From contig CM035351.1 in NCBI GenBank assembly GCA_020137815.1, forward strand, positions 4,650,001-4,714,000: a DNA stretch of 64,000 nucleotides, written 5' to 3'. Below the pieces are notes generated by a model. It ran no database searches. It was not told the DNA's origin and saw only the letters and a list, made by a program, of their open reading frames with translations. Origin of the DNA: Hormiphora californensis. Lineage: Eukaryota; Animalia; Ctenophora. Each line of letters opens with the position of its first letter. Within the stretch, counting starts at the first letter, position 1. The position numbers and the translations under genes were made by a program. Shown one piece after another: positions 62,493 to 64,000 of the stretch.

Positions 62493-63123
62493 GATGTGTG
62501 TGTTGTGTGGGGTAAACGGTAGAATTAGGGAGGAGGAGCCTTTCCGATGCTAAAAACAGAGGTAAGCATAGTGAATTAATCATTTATATATTTGTCACAA
62601 AGATGGTATTGACAGGTGATGCAGTGCAGTAGACTGCTAAGTAATATACCAGAATAACTGGTAGATCTAGAGAGAGAGAGAGCGGGGAAGGGCAGACTGT
62701 TATTAAAATAAAACATGGTAAAATGATAGAGAAAGAGTCGAAACGATATATAGCAAATACACAAAAACACACACAAACGTAACATACTCCTCCCCTTCCA
62801 ACTCAATTAAGCAACTACTGGGCTACACAGCACACCCACCCTACTACATGGGTCACACACACACACACACACACACAGCACACGCACCCTACTACCTGGG
62901 TCACATACACACACCCGTGACCCGGCCAACGTCGGTAATGATGTTATATCATGGGCCTGGGGCCATGGATCTCACCACATTCCCACCTCCTTAGTCCCGA
63001 TATAACCAGGGTGTGACGTGCTGTAGTTGCACCCAACTAAAAGCTGTGTATACCAAAACATAGTAGAAACCCGAGTTAATTTTAAAAACACTTTTTTAGC
63101 TCCCTAGGAGCATTTCCACATAA

Positions 63124-63232
63124 CAGGAACCGACCGAATCAAGTAAACAACCAATCAGAACTCGTTATTTAGGTCACGTGACTGGTTATCAGCCAATCAG
63201 GGACCAGTATTTCCTGATTCGGTCGGTTCCTG
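63124..63232. mobile_element. 109-bp hAT MITE family E
   Basis: TIR CAGGAACCGACCGAATCA / TGATTCGGTCGGTTCCTG; exact 8-bp TSD CCACATAA; partial copy at ~63645-63732. Confidence 0.92.
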
Positions 63233-63301
63233 CCACATAATAATAATTTTACTCGAATAACACTTCACAATAAAAAGGGGTCACGGGGGTTGTAAAACCA
63301 A

Positions 63302-64000
63302 TTACTTGTTTTCATCAAACAGTGCTCGTCCAATGACAATCTTCCTGACCTCGGTGGTCCCTGCTCCGATCTCATACAACTTGGCATCCCGGAGCAACCG
63401 TCCTGCAGCATAGTCATTGATGTACCCATTTCCCCCTAGGATCTGGATGGTGTGCAGGGCACACTTGGTTGCCATCTCAGCTGTGAAGTAGATCACTGCA
63501 GCACAATCTTTGTTGGCAAAGTGCCCGTTATCAGCAGCCCTAGCAGCAGCGTACAGGTAGTTTCGAGATACCCCTGTTAGGGTGTAAATCTGGGCCACCA
63601 TATCCTGGGGAGAGATGAGAATTGAGATGTTAGTACCAATCATAATTCGTTATTTAGGTCACGTGAGTCGTGACTGGTTATCAGCCAATCAGCCGATCAG
63701 GGACCAGTATTTCCTGATTCAGTCGGTTCCTGCTGTAATAAGTAGTTTGCAACTTAGAACCCTGTGCAGCAAAGAAAAAAAGCAAAGAAAGTCGACTAGA
63801 AAGTCGCACGCGACTCGGATGAAACAAGTTGCTATTTCCTAGTCTCGTTGGTAACAGCTGACAGGTGAATAATGCTACTTTCTGATGCCTGATACCACCA
63901 GTAGTAATGGGGTTATATTGTAAAAACCAACCTGAACAAGCTGATAGTTGATGATAGATTTGCCCCATGTTTTCCTCTCGATACTGTACGGTACTGACAC
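63302..64000 (-). CDS. IVD: Isovaleryl-CoA dehydrogenase, last two exons (64000-63932 partial; 63605-63302)
   Basis: [33 protein letters not shown]; [20 protein letters not shown]. Confidence 0.92.

Overview
Gene-dense animal nuclear DNA with short GT-AG introns, nested genes and many palindromic MITEs. The repeat families and gene style suggest a ctenophore (Pleurobrachia-like); this is an inference from recall, not verified. Recognisable genes: a duplicated F5/8-type (F-lectin-like) secreted domain, PITRM1 (N-terminal half only), LTV1, a HAD hydrolase, a 4xTM2+RING protein, LIN52, PSMA5, PIGL, tropomodulin, ALG11, TCTE1/DRC5, tubby-like, a Regnase-type UBA-only ORF, UNC119 and IVD (3' part). 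Mobile DNA: an intact LINE, a decayed LINE, and Tc1/mariner (TA), Kolobok/T2-like (TTAA), hAT (8-bp TSD) and Helentron-like non-autonomous elements. The strongest signals are: (1) a MITE copy at 11252-12445 whose two arms, but not its loop, carry dense T>C plus some G>A changes on one strand, so only the minus-strand hairpin still pairs (via G-U); (2) a candidate -1 frameshift site joining LINE ORF1 to the true endonuclease N-terminus; (3) an MGCC lipid-anchor alternative first exon inside tropomodulin; (4) two antisense genes nested in introns of ciliary genes. About 53.55-56.3 kb looks like unpolished, error-rich sequence. All alignments were done by eye and exon boundaries are approximate unless stated.
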